This document shows positions 32,286 to 48,680 of a stretch of DNA of 64,000 nucleotides, in pieces. Made by a program: the position numbers and the translations under genes. Below the pieces are notes generated by a model. That model was not told the DNA's origin. It searched no databases and saw only the letters and a list, made by a program, of their open reading frames with translations. Origin of the DNA: Waddliaceae bacterium (GTDB lineage Bacteria; Chlamydiota; Chlamydiia; Chlamydiales; SLFE01). Location of the stretch: assembly GCA_963771045.1 (NCBI GenBank), contig CAVYRW010000004.1, positions 736,001 through 800,000 of the forward strand, read 5' to 3'. Numbering within the stretch: the stretch's first letter is position 1; each line of letters starts with the position of its first letter.

Positions 32286-32693
32286 GTGAGTACAGAAACA
32301 AAAACCAGTCCAAAAGTTGAAGAGCTTGTCAAAGTTCTTAGCGAGTTGACAGTCCTTGAAATGGCTGAACTCAAAAAAGCATTGGAAGATACGTGGGGTG
32401 TTGAAGCTGCCGCTGCACCGGTAGCGGTTGCCGCAGCTCCGGCTGCCGGCGCCGGCGCTGAAGAAGAAGAGGCGACAGACTTTGAAATAACACTTGCTGA
32501 AGCTCCTGCGGATAAAAAAATCGGAGTGATCAAAGTCGTTCGCGAAATTACCGGTCTTGGCTTAAAAGAAGCTAAAGAAATGGTAGAAGGCGCTCCCAAG
32601 GTTGTGAAAGAAAAAGCACCTAAAGCCGAAGCTGATGAGATTAAATCTAAATTGGAAGCGGCCGGAGCTAAGGTTACGCTGAAAGGCATTTAA
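32286..32693 (+). CDS. rplL: 50S ribosomal protein L7/L12
   Basis: Ala-rich hinge, [28 protein letters not shown] start after GAGAGG. Confidence 0.97.
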   Translation: MSTETKTSPKVEELVKVLSELTVLEMAELKKALEDTWGVEAAAAPVAVAAAPAAGAGAEEEEATDFEITLAEAPADKKIGVIKVVREITGLGLKEAKEMVEGAPKVVKEKAPKAEADEIKSKLEAAGAKVTLKGI

Positions 32694-32705
32694 TCTTTTA
32701 TCCAG

Positions 32706-32754
32706 AAAACATGAAATGGGAGAGTATCAAATGGTTCCCATTTCATGGTTTTTT
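32706..32754 (+). terminator. Probable intrinsic terminator after rplL
   Basis: CATGAAATGGGA...TCCCATTTCATG followed by a T run. Confidence 0.65.
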
Positions 32755-33047
32755 AAATAAATTGCGCGTATAGCATCGGGCTAAATTAGAAATATTAGTG
32801 TTATTAAGAAAATTCCTTGACTTTTTTGTTTAAATGCTATAAAAATTTAGCTGAGTTGCATATAAATGACACCTTCGCAAAGCCAGCGATTGTGATTATC
32901 AAGGCATTTACGTTTTTTGATGTTCTTTACTCAAACTATTATGAAAATAAAACAGCGTTCTCTACCGACGCAGATCGCAGAATGCTTGCGTTATTTCGCG
33001 CCTAAGATTTTCAGTAAAATAAATCACTTAAGAGGGAGCCCTTCAGG

Positions 33048-36000
33048 ATGTTAAAAAGGCCGCCAGTCAGGATTAGCTTTAAGGAAAAAGAAGATATTAT
33101 CGATCTTCCCAACCTCATCGAAATCCAAATAAAATCGTATAATCAATTCCTACAGTCTGATCAGTTTCCTGAAGGTAGGGAAAATTTGGGCTTGCAGGAA
33201 ATTTTTACCGATATATTCCCCATCAAGTCCTATGATGAAAAGACGGTTTTAGAGTACTTGTCATACAACCTGGGTGTTCCTAAATACAATCCCGACGAAT
33301 GCATTCGGAGAGGCATCACTTACAGCGTCACCCTCAAAGTCAAATTCCGTCTTACGGATGAAACCGGAATTAAAGAAGAAGAAGTTTACATGGGAACCAT
33401 TCCGGTTATGACGGATAAGGGGACTTTTATTATAAATGGCGCTGAAAGGGTGGTCGTCTCCCAGTTGCATCGTTCTCCCGGAATTTGCTATGAACGGGAA
33501 AAACATACCCGCGGGCAGATGCTTTATTCCTTCCGCATTATCCCTTATAGGGGGAGTTGGCTGGAAGCTTCATTCGATACGAACGATCTTATCTATATCT
33601 ATGTCGACAGAAAGCAAAGGCGTCGGAAGATTCTCGCCACGACTTTTATCAGGACTCTTGGGTTCTCCTCAAATTCCGATATTATTGAAGAGTTCTTCAA
33701 TACACGGAAAGTGAAATTGAAATCCGAAAAGGAAATTGCCAAATATGTCGGTAAAATCCTGGCCGAAGATGTCATTGACGAAGAAAGCGGACTTGTCTTC
33801 GGAAAAGCTGCAGAAAAGCTGACAACTGCAATGCTGAAACGAATGATGGATGCGAAAATCACGACAATTCGCATAGCCGAAGACGCCGACGAGACCAGTC
33901 CGATTATTAAAATGCTGGCAAAAGATCCAACCGATTCCTATGAATCGGCTTTGAAAGATTTTTATCGTAAGATCCGTCCCGGGGAGCCGGCAACTCTGTC
34001 CAATGCGCGATCAGCTATCATGCGTCTATTTTTTGACTCAAAGCGTTATAACCTTGGCCGTGTTGGGCGCTACAAGCTCAATACAAAGCTGGGAATGGAA
34101 GTCAATGACGAGTCGCTGTCGAATCTGACAATGACAAAAGAAGACGTTGTCGAGGCGATTAAGTATCTCATCAGACTCAGAAACGGCGACGCGGAGACAA
34201 ATATCGACGACATCGACCACTTGGGCAACAGGCGGGTGCGTTCTGTTGGGGAGTTGATACAAAATCAGTGCCGCATCGGCCTTGCACGGATGGAAAAAAT
34301 TATACGGGAGAGGATGAATCTCTTTGATTTCAGCTCCGATACGCTCACTCCGGGTAAAATTGTTTCAGCCAAAGCTCTGTCGGGCGTTCTTAAGGACTTT
34401 TTTGGACGGTCTCAGTTGTCGCAATTCATGGATCAAACAAATCCCATTGCTGAACTGACCCATAAAAGACGCCTGTCATCACTAGGACCCGGAGGCTTAA
34501 ATCGGGATAGGGCAGGATTTGAAGTGCGCGACGTCCACACAAGCCACTATGGAAGAATTTGTCCGATCGAGACTCCTGAAGGACCTAACATCGGATTGAT
34601 CACTTCTCTGTCATCATTTGCGAAAATCAACGAGTTCGGTTTTATTGAAACTCCCTATCGCATTGTTCAGGACGGCATTGTCACTGAAGAGGTCGAATAT
34701 ATGACTGCTGACCAGGAAGAAAAATATGTGATTGCACAGGCGTCGGCGCCTTTAGATGAAATGAACATGTTTATTGAAGAAAAATGCTGGGCTCGTTGCC
34801 GAGGGGAGCAAATTGAGATCGAGACATCCAAGGTGACTCATATGGATGTTTCTCCCAAGCAGCTTGTTTCGATTGTAACCGGTTTGATTCCGTTTCTGGA
34901 GCATAATGATGCCAACCGTGCATTGATGGGATCGAACATGCAGCGTCAGGGCGTTCCGCTGCTTAAGGCCGAAGCGCCGATTGTGGGAACAGGTCTTGAA
35001 CTGAAAGCCGCCCGCGATTCAGGAGCTGCCTTGATAGCCGAAGATGACGGAATCGTCGAGTATGTCGACGGGTCAAGTCATTGTGATTTCCTCTAAAAGG
35101 AACCGTCTGGATAAAAAGACCTATCATTTGAAAAAATTCATACGATCAAACTCGGGAACGTGTGTCAATCAGGTTCCCCTTTGCTATGTTGGCGAAGAGG
35201 TGTTGGCAGGAGATGTGATTGCAGATGGACCAGCAACCGACAAAGGAGAAATCGCATTAGGTAAGAACGTTCTCGTCGCTTTTATGCCATGGATGGGATA
35301 CAACTTCGAAGACGCCATCATTATTTCTGAAAAACTTCTTGTTCATGATTATTTCACCTCCATTCATATTGAGGAGTTCGAAATTACAGCCAGGGATACC
35401 AAGCTTGGAAAAGAAGAAATAACAAGGGATATACCAAATGTATCGGAAGAGGCGCTGGCAAATCTCGACGATGACGGAATAATCTGCATGGGAACCGAGG
35501 TGAAATCCGGCGATATTCTTGTTGGAAAAATCACTCCCAAGTCGGAAACCGAACTGGCGCCTGAAGAACGCTTGCTAAGAGCGATCTTTGGTGAAAAAGC
35601 AGCGGATGTCAAGGATGCCTCTTTAGTGGTTCCGACAGGTGTAGAAGGTGTCGTGATGGACATCAAGCTTTTCAGCCGCAAGGAAAGAATCGCGAAGACA
35701 GACGACGAGCTTGTCGAAGAAGCGGCTAAATTAAAAGAGCTTCAAAGAGACTATAAGGTTCAACAGACGCAGCTGCGCAATGAAAAGTATGAAAAAATAA
35801 CGGTTCTTCTTCAGGGGGAAATGGCTCCTGGTACGATTGTTCACCGCAAAACCGCAGCGGTGATTGCGCAAGAAGATGAGCCGATTTCCGAAGATGTTAT
35901 CGATGTGCTCGAAAATGAAGCAGTTGAAGATCTGCTCATGCCGGAAAACGATGTCTATAATGTCCTCAAGCAAATCCTTCGAGATTATGATACGGCTCTT

Positions 36001-36819
36001 TTGTCTTTGGAAATGAAGTACAAGACTGAAGTCGAGCAGCTCCGAAAAGGCGACACGGACCTAGAACCGGGCATCATCCGCCAGGTAAAAGTTTACATTG
36101 CGACCAAAAGAAAACTTGAAGTGGGCGATAAAATGGCAGGACGCCACGGAAACAAAGGGGTTGTATCCAACATTGTTCCTGAAGCCGATATGCCGTACCT
36201 AAACAATGGACAGAGCGTTGAAATTATCCTCAATCCGCTCGGTATTGCCTCACGTATGAACCTGGGCCAGGTTTTTGAAACGCACCTCGGTTTTGCCGCA
36301 AAATGTGCCGGGGTATTTATCAAAACACCTGTATTTGAAGGCTTCCCAGAGGACCAAATTTGGCGGATGCTGAAAGAAAACGGGTTGCCTGAAGATGGTA
36401 AATTCTATCTCTATGACGGAAGAAATGGTGAACGTTTCGATTATCCGACTGTCGTTGGCTACATTTACATGATGAAACTCGGTCACTTGGTTTCGGATAA
36501 AATCCATGCCCGTGCCGTTGGTCCTTATTCTCTGGTGACTCAGCAGCCTCTTGGCGGAAAGGCTCAAATGGGAGGCCAGCGTTTTGGGGAGATGGAAGTG
36601 TGGGCGGCAGAAGCCTACGGCGCGGCTCATTTGCTGCAAGAACTATTGACTGTTAAATCTGATGATGTTTCGGGAAGAACACGTATCTACGAGTCGATAG
36701 TTAAAGGTGAAAATACTCTAGTAGCCGGTACGCCGGAATCATTTAATGTTTTGATTAAAGAGATGCAAGGGCTTGGACTCGATATTAAAGCGGAAAGAGT
36801 AGAAGAAATAAGTTATTAA
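33048..36819 (+). CDS. rpoB: RNA polymerase beta subunit (apparent +1 frameshift at 35070-35072, probably an assembly error)
   Basis: ORFs 33048-35096 and 35044-36819 join if one G is removed from [51 protein letters not shown]. Confidence 0.98.
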
Positions 36820-36843
36820 TTTTCCCATCTGTAGGAGAAATTC

Positions 36844-41031
<4,188 letters not shown>

Positions 41032-41036
41032 TCATC

Positions 41037-41076
41037 AGTCAACCGAGGCCCGGAAGGCCTCGGTTGACTTTATTTC
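41037..41076 (+). terminator. Intrinsic terminator after rpoC
   Basis: AGTCAACCGAGGCC-CGGAA-GGCCTCGGTTGACT-TTATTT. Confidence 0.85.
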
Positions 41077-41126
41077 TCTAAATCATATATAAGGTTTCTC
41101 TTTTGTTTTATCATGAGGGAAGCAAA

Positions 41127-42562
41127 ATGGGAATTTATCAGAACAACTGGAGAACGTTATATCCGGGTTATCAAAAAGATTTGAACCCGATTAGAATTTT
41201 CTCTAGGGTATGTCAATCGGCAGATAGGCAAAAGCCCCACAATCGCCAACATTGCCCAAGAGTGTTTAAAAGACCTTTATCAGATTGTCTGCATTGAAAA
41301 ATGCAGCAAATTCTTTATAGCTACAAGTTTTTTTCAAAAAGTGTGTCAACTGAAATCGGGCAGATGGCCGGATCTGGATATTTCAACAAGACTTTCTAAA
41401 TTAGGATTTGAGTATAACTGGAAATTTTCAGGAGTGTTTTATTTTGCAATTGATATCAAATTCGAAAAATTTTAAAAACCAATTGCGATCTGAATACGGT
41501 TCTACCATTTTGAGCAATCTCAAACGCACCTTGGAACAATTGCCTGAAGATTTAAGTCCTTGCATAAGGTCTTATCGTTCAGTCCAACTTTGTCATTTCA
41601 TTGTCATGAAAGCATTGTGGATTAAAGAGCCTAATATTCAGGATGTGAAATGTACCAAATAGTAATCGGCAGCGACTTATAATTCTTTAAAACAAAAATA
41701 TCCAGCTATATATGACAATTTATGCCATCGCATTGATTTTAATGAAACATTTCTGGGCCTGAAATCGATGATCCACAGTTCAGCTTGCTGGATCATAATA
41801 TTATCGTAACAAAGGAGTTAATGCGATTCTTATTTTAAGCATTGCCTCAAAAATGATCGGTATTTTCAATGTTCATTTGTCATAGACCCGGATCACACAA
41901 AGAGTGATAGATAAGATAGTGAAAAAATATTCCGATAATTCGTTTGTGCTTTTGTATGAGTTAAGGGTTTACATTCAGAAAGTGTTTGTTTTAACCCTAT
42001 CTGCTGAGCTTCTGCATAAAAGGGTGAAGTATATTAACCGAAAAATAGCGGAAATTGAAAAGAACAAATCGCCAAAAATTTTGGATTTGAAAAAAAGAAA
42101 GTTAAGATTCCATGAAGTGACAAAAATCATGGCGGCATGGCATGCAAATTGCATAGAAAAATTCGTGTCTTGTGATATCGATCAGCATTCTGAGGGCCTT
42201 TATCAGGACCCATATCAAGAGATTTTGAAAACAAAAAATATAAAACAACGAAATAATTTCTTGGATAAACTTATCGCTTTGTCCAATGAGTCTCTCAGAG
42301 TGAAAAATTTTGAAATCGCAAGGTGTTTGTACCTGCTCTTGCCAAAGAAGAAATCGGGAAAGATATTTATAGCATATTCGACACAAAAGAGGAATATCAA
42401 ATGCATTTAAGAAACAGCAAAATACCTCCGGTTCCTGTCATGGGTTTTATCAAAGACGAGCTTATGGCTGCCAAGAAGCGAGGAGATAGAAGACGGTGCG
42501 ATGAGATTAAAAAGGATTTTGCAAGAAGGCAGGCGGCGCTTAAAGCGGCTTATCCCATCTGA
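41127..42562 (+). pseudogene. AT-rich fragmented hypothetical gene
   Basis: Same-strand chain of short ORFs (41103-41297, 41408-41662, 41904-42410, 42323-42562); no recognisable motif. Confidence 0.4.
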
Positions 42563-43077
42563 TAAAGCCACAGGCCGGCAAGAAGGATGCCGTCGACTGC
42601 GGCGCCTTGCCTGATTTTATCCCTGAGCTCTTCAAGCGAGAATGTGAACGTTTGGATAATCTCGCCCCCTTCAAGCTCGGGCTGGCGTGTTTTTCGGCAG
42701 TTTTCAGCGAGAACATAGATCACTTTTTGGTCGCAGATGCCCGGCATAGGGAATGATTGTCCCAGCTCTTTAAAATTTTTTGCGTCATAGCCCGTTTCTT
42801 CAAGCAGCTCACGCTTGCCTCCTTCTAAGGGGGATTCATTTTCGTGAAGAAAACCGCCGGGAAGGCTGAGAACTCTTCCTCCCGCAGGATGGCGGTACTC
42901 TTCGTTGATAATCAGCTGCCCGTCTTTTGTGACGGGACGATATGATACAGATGTTTCAGTTGGCAACGAAAGGGTGTAGTGGTTGTGTTCATAACCGCTT
43001 GGGAAACGAAGATGTTCTTTTTTGACTTTGAGAAATTCATCGAGAATAATTTTACTATTTAAAGATTTAATCCCCAT
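42550..43077 (-). CDS. NUDIX hydrolase (ADP-ribose pyrophosphatase-like)
   Basis: Nudix box GFLHENESPLEGGKRELLEETGY. Confidence 0.92.
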   Translation of the reverse strand: MGIKSLNSKIILDEFLKVKKEHLRFPSGYEHNHYTLSLPTETSVSYRPVTKDGQLIINEEYRHPAGGRVLSLPGGFLHENESPLEGGKRELLEETGYDAKNFKELGQSFPMPGICDQKVIYVLAENCRKTRQPELEGGEIIQTFTFSLEELRDKIRQGAAVDGILLAGLWLYQMG

Positions 43078-46000
43078 TGATCACCTGTTTTTTTGCCAGT
43101 TCTTGATAAAGGTCTTTTTTTTGCCGGTCACCTTGGCAGTGGTAATACAGCGAAAGCTGACGGTAAAGCTGCCGCTTTTCCCACATAAAGGCTTGTTGAA
43201 ACCAACGATGTCCGTCGTAGAACTTTTCGTTGATATAGTGTGTGGCCAGCGTCCAGCTTCGAGGAAAAGAGACTTCCAGAACACCTGAAAAATGGGCTTT
43301 GGCGATCTCAGGTCCTTCTATAACATAAAGCCAGCATCCATAAAGAAAGTGGAAGGCGCTTTTTTCCTCGCCGATATATTCAAGAGGGTAATTTTCAAAT
43401 ATCTTGCCCGCTTCGCTCCATTTCTTGTCGATCAACAGCGCCCATATGCGGTAATAGTCGAGTCTCAGCCGTTGCTTTGTATCCAGCTGGCTGATATCCA
43501 GACGACTGAGAGTTTCATAGACTAGAGAGGTTTTTTCTTCAGCTAAAGCCTTTTCGATTAAATATATGAGGATGCGCATTTCATTAAAATTGATCTCCCG
43601 TTTGAGGGAGATCAGAAAATCTTCCAGGACCTCTTGTATGGGGGCTCTTGCGGCTTTACTGCGAAGGCAAAGGGGGTGAAGGCTTTAATTAAAAATTTGC
43701 TCTCGTCTTCCGGACGCATTTCTAAAGTTTTGGTAAACAGCTCGTTAAGCAGGTCTGCTGCCCCAAGCTCCAAGAATGCAGTAAAGAGCGTTAAAAAAGG
43801 TGATGGGGTAAATGTTGTCAAGCTTGATGAGAGAGTCGATCAACTCTTCGATAAATAGGGGTTTGGCAAGCCAAAAACTCAAAAGAAGGCTAAAGGAGAT
43901 ATTGCTGACTTTGCTGACATGTGCGCCGCAAGGATCGTTTTGAATGAAGGGAAGCGTTTCCCAGTGCCTTTGCAGTGTTTCGATGAGTTTTTGTGTGTGG
44001 GGAGTTTTCTGAACAGTCGAAATATGCCGGTTCACAAGAAGGACGAGCTCATAAGTGGCATGGCGGTGATATCGGGAACATTCGTGCATCCGGTAGGCGA
44101 CCTGTTCGTCAAGCACGGAAAGAAGAGGATGTTTCGGATACCTTCTATAAGCTAGCATGTAGCATTTCACTTCTTCGGATATGTCCTGAAGTGTTTTATA
44201 AACAAGAGCTTTGCCTAAATATTCGAGGGGAGCTCCCGGGGTTCCGTGAAGTTTTTCGAATTCCTGAAGAGCCAGGTCGTAAAATTCCTGAGCTTTTTTC
44301 AGATCGTTTTGATAGCGCCCTTGCTCGAGAAGCGTGACCCCTGCTCGGAACATAGCTTCCCGTCCTTCCTGCCTTCCGGGAAAGGTATAGCCGATTCTTC
44401 GGTATTCGCTGAGTGCTATATCGTAATACTTGTGGGCTAAAAATGCGTCGGGTACCGAGAGGCAGTTGACCATAACATTTTGGCTGCCAAGAGACACTGA
44501 AAGTGATTCAAGGTCAAAGCTTGTGTCTCTGCAGATCAATCCGACGTGGGTTCCCGTTAAGGGAATGTGGCTGATATAGGAAAATTGAAGAATCTTGTTA
44601 AGATAAAAGTAGATGTTATTATCGATTTTTTCAATGCGGATGCGGTGCCAAACGCCGCTTTCAAGAAATATGTCGGGCGCGTGAAGAACCTCGACAGTAG
44701 ACCTCAGCAGTTTTGTAGCCTTATGCTCTTCTGTTCCCAGCCAAAGGCAATACCCGTCATTTAAATGCCGTCTTTCTGAAGTTTCGGGAATGCTGAGTAA
44801 AAAACCGATTCCATGACCGTCGGAGTGAATCTTGACTCTGGCGTCTATTCGAATATTTTCCGCAAAAGATTTTTCGGAAATCATCAAAGTGACCCATTCC
44901 GAGGATTCGGGCGTCCTTGCGATCGCCATTTGCTCTGCCATCAGAACATGTTCCTGAAACTGCCAATCGTCTTTCTGATGAATATCGAGCTGGCAAACTT
45001 CGAACCATTCCGAGCGGCCTTCAATATAGTTTTCCAGATCGTGTATCAGTTCATCTACGGTTTGATATCTCTCTTCGGGGTTGATTGATAAGCATTTTCT
45101 GCTGATTTGCCCCATGAGTTGCGGGGACGTCCCTGTAAGGGGCAATTTCTGCGGGATCCTTGAACACTTCTTTGTCCATGGTATTTCGAAATTCTTCGAG
45201 ATTGCCCCTTCTAAAGGGGTGGCGCAGTGTGAGGATGACATAGAGAAGCACACCCAACGCATAGATATCGGTTAGAGTCGTTGCGGGATTGCCGCTGGCT
45301 CTTTCAGGCGCCATATAGGATACAGTTCCGACGACTTTTCCAAAGGCAGTGATATCGGGCGAGGTCGGCTTCTCTTCTTCAAATATTTCTTCCTCCGGAG
45401 GGGACTTAATGATTTTTGCCAGGCCCCAATCCAGAATCATGACTTCTCCGAATTTTCCGACAATGATATTTTCCCCCTTGATATCTCTGTGAAGAACTCC
45501 ATGCGAGTGTGCATAGGAGATTGCCTGGCAAACATTGACGAGAATGCGTGCCAGCGAGGGGATCGACGTGCCGACGCTTTCGGATTTTTCCCCTTTTTTA
45601 TCCAGTTTTCTGGCTTTATTGATGATTTCCCTGAGTGTTTCACCTTCCACATAGGGCATTGTATAATAGATGTTTTGTCCATCTTCATGGATGGTATAAA
45701 TAGGGATAATTGATGGGTGGGTGAGCTGCGCTGTGATGCGCGCTTCTTTTAAGAAGCGCAGAAGCAGCTGCTTTCTGTTTTTCAAATCCGTACGGATGCG
45801 TTTCAAAGCGATTCTTCTGCCGCATTCGGTATCGTAGGCGAGAAAGACTTCGCCCATCCCCCCTTTTCCGATTCTTTTTAGAATTTGGTAGGACCCGATA
45901 CTAAACTGCACAGACTCTTCATCGGGAATGTGTTTTTGAACAAAAGAAATTTCCTCCAGGGTGGTTTCCTGGTCTTTTGTCTGGTCCAAAGTGTGGCCGC

Positions 46001-46109
46001 AGTAGGTGCAAAATGCGGGGTGCGCTTTTTTAGCTCCCGACAAAAAAAAGTGGGAGTCGCATGAAGGACAAACGATTTCTTTTGATTCATCTTTGCGAGG
46101 ATGTTCCAT
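43067..46109 (-). CDS. pknD: Chlamydial Ser/Thr protein kinase PknD-like, split by frameshifts
   Basis: IGKGGMGEVFLAYD..CGRRIALKRIR, HRDIKGEN, DWG, GTVSYMAPE; continues in ORFs 43745-45262 and 43067-43579; N-terminal CPSC..CTYC zinc ribbon. Confidence 0.85.
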
Positions 46110-46120
46110 GGGTGGATTCC

Positions 46121-46516
46121 TCAGGATTTTAATTTTCTGAGTAATTCGTTTGCCTCGTCTGAAGCTTTTTTAACGATGCAGCTGTGGCCCAGCTCTTCGT
46201 CAAAATAAATGCCATTGGATGCCGCATAAGAGGCGGCCATTTGACAAAATAGCGCGTTGCCTCCGTGTTCGTCTCTTTCCGGAAGGGTAAAACGAAATCC
46301 GCAGTTCACAAAACGAAAGGAGGCCCGCTTCCACTGCCGTTTGGCAAGCCTCATGGCCTCTTCCGGGGTGATTCCTTTGACTTCTGTCGTCTCTTCGTCT
46401 TCAAACCACTGGTAAGTGTCCAGGCCCGTTTTTTTTAAAAAAAGGTAAACAGTTTCGCCCCGGCTCAGAATTTTGGCAATATGAATGATATCATTGTTCA
46501 TCTTCTTCCTCGTCAA
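46121..46516 (-). CDS. Hypothetical protein
   Basis: 131-aa ORF in a co-oriented overlapping gene string. Confidence 0.65.
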   Translation of the reverse strand: MTRKKMNNDIIHIAKILSRGETVYLFLKKTGLDTYQWFEDEETTEVKGITPEEAMRLAKRQWKRASFRFVNCGFRFTLPERDEHGGNALFCQMAASYAASNGIYFDEELGHSCIVKKASDEANELLRKLKS

Positions 46517-46865
46517 TCATTTCCCGGCTTGCATCTTCAGCGGCCTCGTCTCCGGTCCGTTTTTGCGTGCTCAAAAATTCGCGGAAGATAATCCATATTC
46601 CGGCTACGGTAAATAAAACAGGGACGGCAACAGACCAGCTCGTGTTTAAAAAGAAGAATAAAAATAACCCGCCGAAAATGGCGACAGACAAGGCCATATC
46701 GTAATACCGTCCTCTGAGCGCTTCCTTGATGCCCACAGTCGCCATGAGGGCCAGTAAAATCCCCGGCCACCAGAAATTGGTATAAAAGAGTATGCCGATA
46801 GAAATGAGCAGGACTCCTCCTGCGATAGATACGGCTTTATGATGAGGGACAAGCGGTTTACTCAT
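46491..46865 (-). CDS. Small hypothetical membrane protein (about 4 TM)
   Basis: Hydrophobic segments, FWWPGILL, acidic tail. Confidence 0.7.
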   Translation of the reverse strand: MSKPLVPHHKAVSIAGGVLLISIGILFYTNFWWPGILLALMATVGIKEALRGRYYDMALSVAIFGGLFLFFFLNTSWSVAVPVLFTVAGIWIIFREFLSTQKRTGDEAAEDASREMIDEEEDEQ

Positions 46866-47367
46866 ATATTTTAATATAGCCTATTTTCCTGATTTTCTCA
46901 ACAGGACTTTCCAAGAGGAGAGCGTCTCCTTCAGCCACTCTGTTCTCACGAAACCAGCCAGAGGGCATTTCCAGGGCATATTTGACCGGTTTTGAAGATC
47001 TAACCGACTTTTCAATAAAAAACTGGACGACCGGATCCTTTGGGTCCAGCTTTTCCAGGTCTTCATACGATTGAACCCGCGCGGTATATCTCATCATTTC
47101 AGGATAGGCATCCAATTGGTGAATTTCGACAATTTTTCCTTCCTCGTCGAGAAATGCGGCAGAGAGGGGGATAAAACAGTTAAACATCCAAAGCCCATGT
47201 CTTTTGTTTTCGTTGTAGTGGAAGAGCATACCGTGATTTTTGGGAAGGTCCTCTCTTCTCATCAGACCCCATCTAAGCTCTTCGGGGGTTTGGGCATGTT
47301 CAATTGTCAGCGTGATATTTTCGCCTGCAAGCGTTCCGAGAGCAAGGAATAGAAGGAGTATTCTCAT
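46858..47367 (-). CDS. DUF192-family protein
   Basis: Signal-like N-terminus; AQTPEELRWGLMRREDLPKNHGMLF, WMFNCFIPLSAAFLD, YALEMPSGWF. Confidence 0.88.
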   Translation of the reverse strand: MRILLLFLALGTLAGENITLTIEHAQTPEELRWGLMRREDLPKNHGMLFHYNENKRHGLWMFNCFIPLSAAFLDEEGKIVEIHQLDAYPEMMRYTARVQSYEDLEKLDPKDPVVQFFIEKSVRSSKPVKYALEMPSGWFRENRVAEGDALLLESPVEKIRKIGYIKIYE

Positions 47368-47636
47368 AATAGTTGACTTTGCTTATAATAGCTGCGATGT
47401 TGCGATATTTGTTTGCCGCTTTATTCCTGACGATGAGTTTATCAGCTGCCGAATTTATCGTCACGACAATGCCGAAGACGGGCAGCCATCTTCTCATTCC
47501 GATTTTAGAGAAGCTGACCGAAAAAAAAGCCTGCTGGATCCCTCCCGATTTCGACTATAGGGACTGCTCCCGGTGGAAATACAGCTATCTTCTTGAACCT
47601 CCCCATGGTCTAAAGCCAGGGGATTCCGGACGGGGC

Positions 47637-48680
47637 TCACGCACACCTCTCGAGGCTCGTTCCGAGCCCGACAAGGAGAGTGTTAATCGCAGCATTGTGA
47701 TCGCGATCGTGTAGAATACCACATCCTGTACACTCCCATTGTCTTACCGACAAGCCTGATGTCCCTGTTGGGCCTGTTTTGGCCAAACAGTTCGAACAGG
47801 TTATGGTGGAACCTTTGGAATCAACTTCGATGTACTTCCTACCGCCTGCACGGCACTTGTATGAGAGCATTTGGCGAAGTTGGTAGTGGCCGCTTTCCGC
47901 CACTGATTTCCCGTATTTCTTGGCTATCCCTTGGATATGATCTTTGCTAAAGGCAATCGTTTCGTATTCCTCAACAAGTTTCCGAGATAGCTTATGGTTG
48001 TCGTCTTTGCGACGATTTTTAATTCTTTCTTGCAATCTTGAGGTCAGCTTTTGCCTCTTTCCTCTTTGTGCCTGTGCTAGTCGGCTTTCTAATTGCTTTA
48101 ATCGTTTTGGTTTCTGAATCTTTTCCCCGGTGGAGAGGGGTAATGTTGTCTTAAATCCCGGATCAATACCGATTTTTTCGTATCTTTTATGTGGTATAGC
48201 CTTCGGTTCTGCCTCGATAAATAGACAAAGATACCAACCTGATGCACGTTTAACAATACGACCACATTTGATCTTTCCTTGAGGAATTTCCTGTTTGTGA
48301 AAGCGAATCAACCCAATTCCCGGGAGTTTAAAGTACACGCCGTCTGGTCTTCTAATTGGATCAAGGAAAGGGATCGAGTTGAGACGGTTTCGACAACCTT
48401 TAAGCCTAGGCTTTTTCCCTAGCTTTTTAAAACATCGGCTCCAAGCATCCCAAGCGGTACATAGCATCCCTTGCAATGTGTGGGAGGGTATATCGAGTTT
48501 CTTTCCATGATTCGCTAGCAGATTCTGAAACTCTTTCTTGCTGTAGAAAATGCTGTCCTTTGCGTCGAGTTCGATTTTTCGGATTGCCCAATTCCAAACA
48601 CGAGTCAAAATTAAAAGCCATTCGGAAAGAACTGCTTCTTGCTTAGATTTTACTCTTAATTTGATTTGGGTTTGAATCAT
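47637..48680 (-). CDS. tnpB: TnpB RNA-guided nuclease homolog, 347 aa
   Basis: GIDPG (RuvC-I), CSNC...CTGC zinc finger, HDRDHNAAIN (RuvC-III). Confidence 0.93.
   Translation of the reverse strand: MIQTQIKLRVKSKQEAVLSEWLLILTRVWNWAIRKIELDAKDSIFYSKKEFQNLLANHGKKLDIPSHTLQGMLCTAWDAWSRCFKKLGKKPRLKGCRNRLNSIPFLDPIRRPDGVYFKLPGIGLIRFHKQEIPQGKIKCGRIVKRASGWYLCLFIEAEPKAIPHKRYEKIGIDPGFKTTLPLSTGEKIQKPKRLKQLESRLAQAQRGKRQKLTSRLQERIKNRRKDDNHKLSRKLVEEYETIAFSKDHIQGIAKKYGKSVAESGHYQLRQMLSYKCRAGGRKYIEVDSKGSTITCSNCLAKTGPTGTSGLSVRQWECTGCGILHDRDHNAAINTLLVGLGTSLERCA

Noticed and set aside
32817..33005. 62-aa ORF or regulatory RNA between rplL and rpoB
   Set aside because: TTG start without RBS and no recognisable motif; most likely a promoter/leader region.
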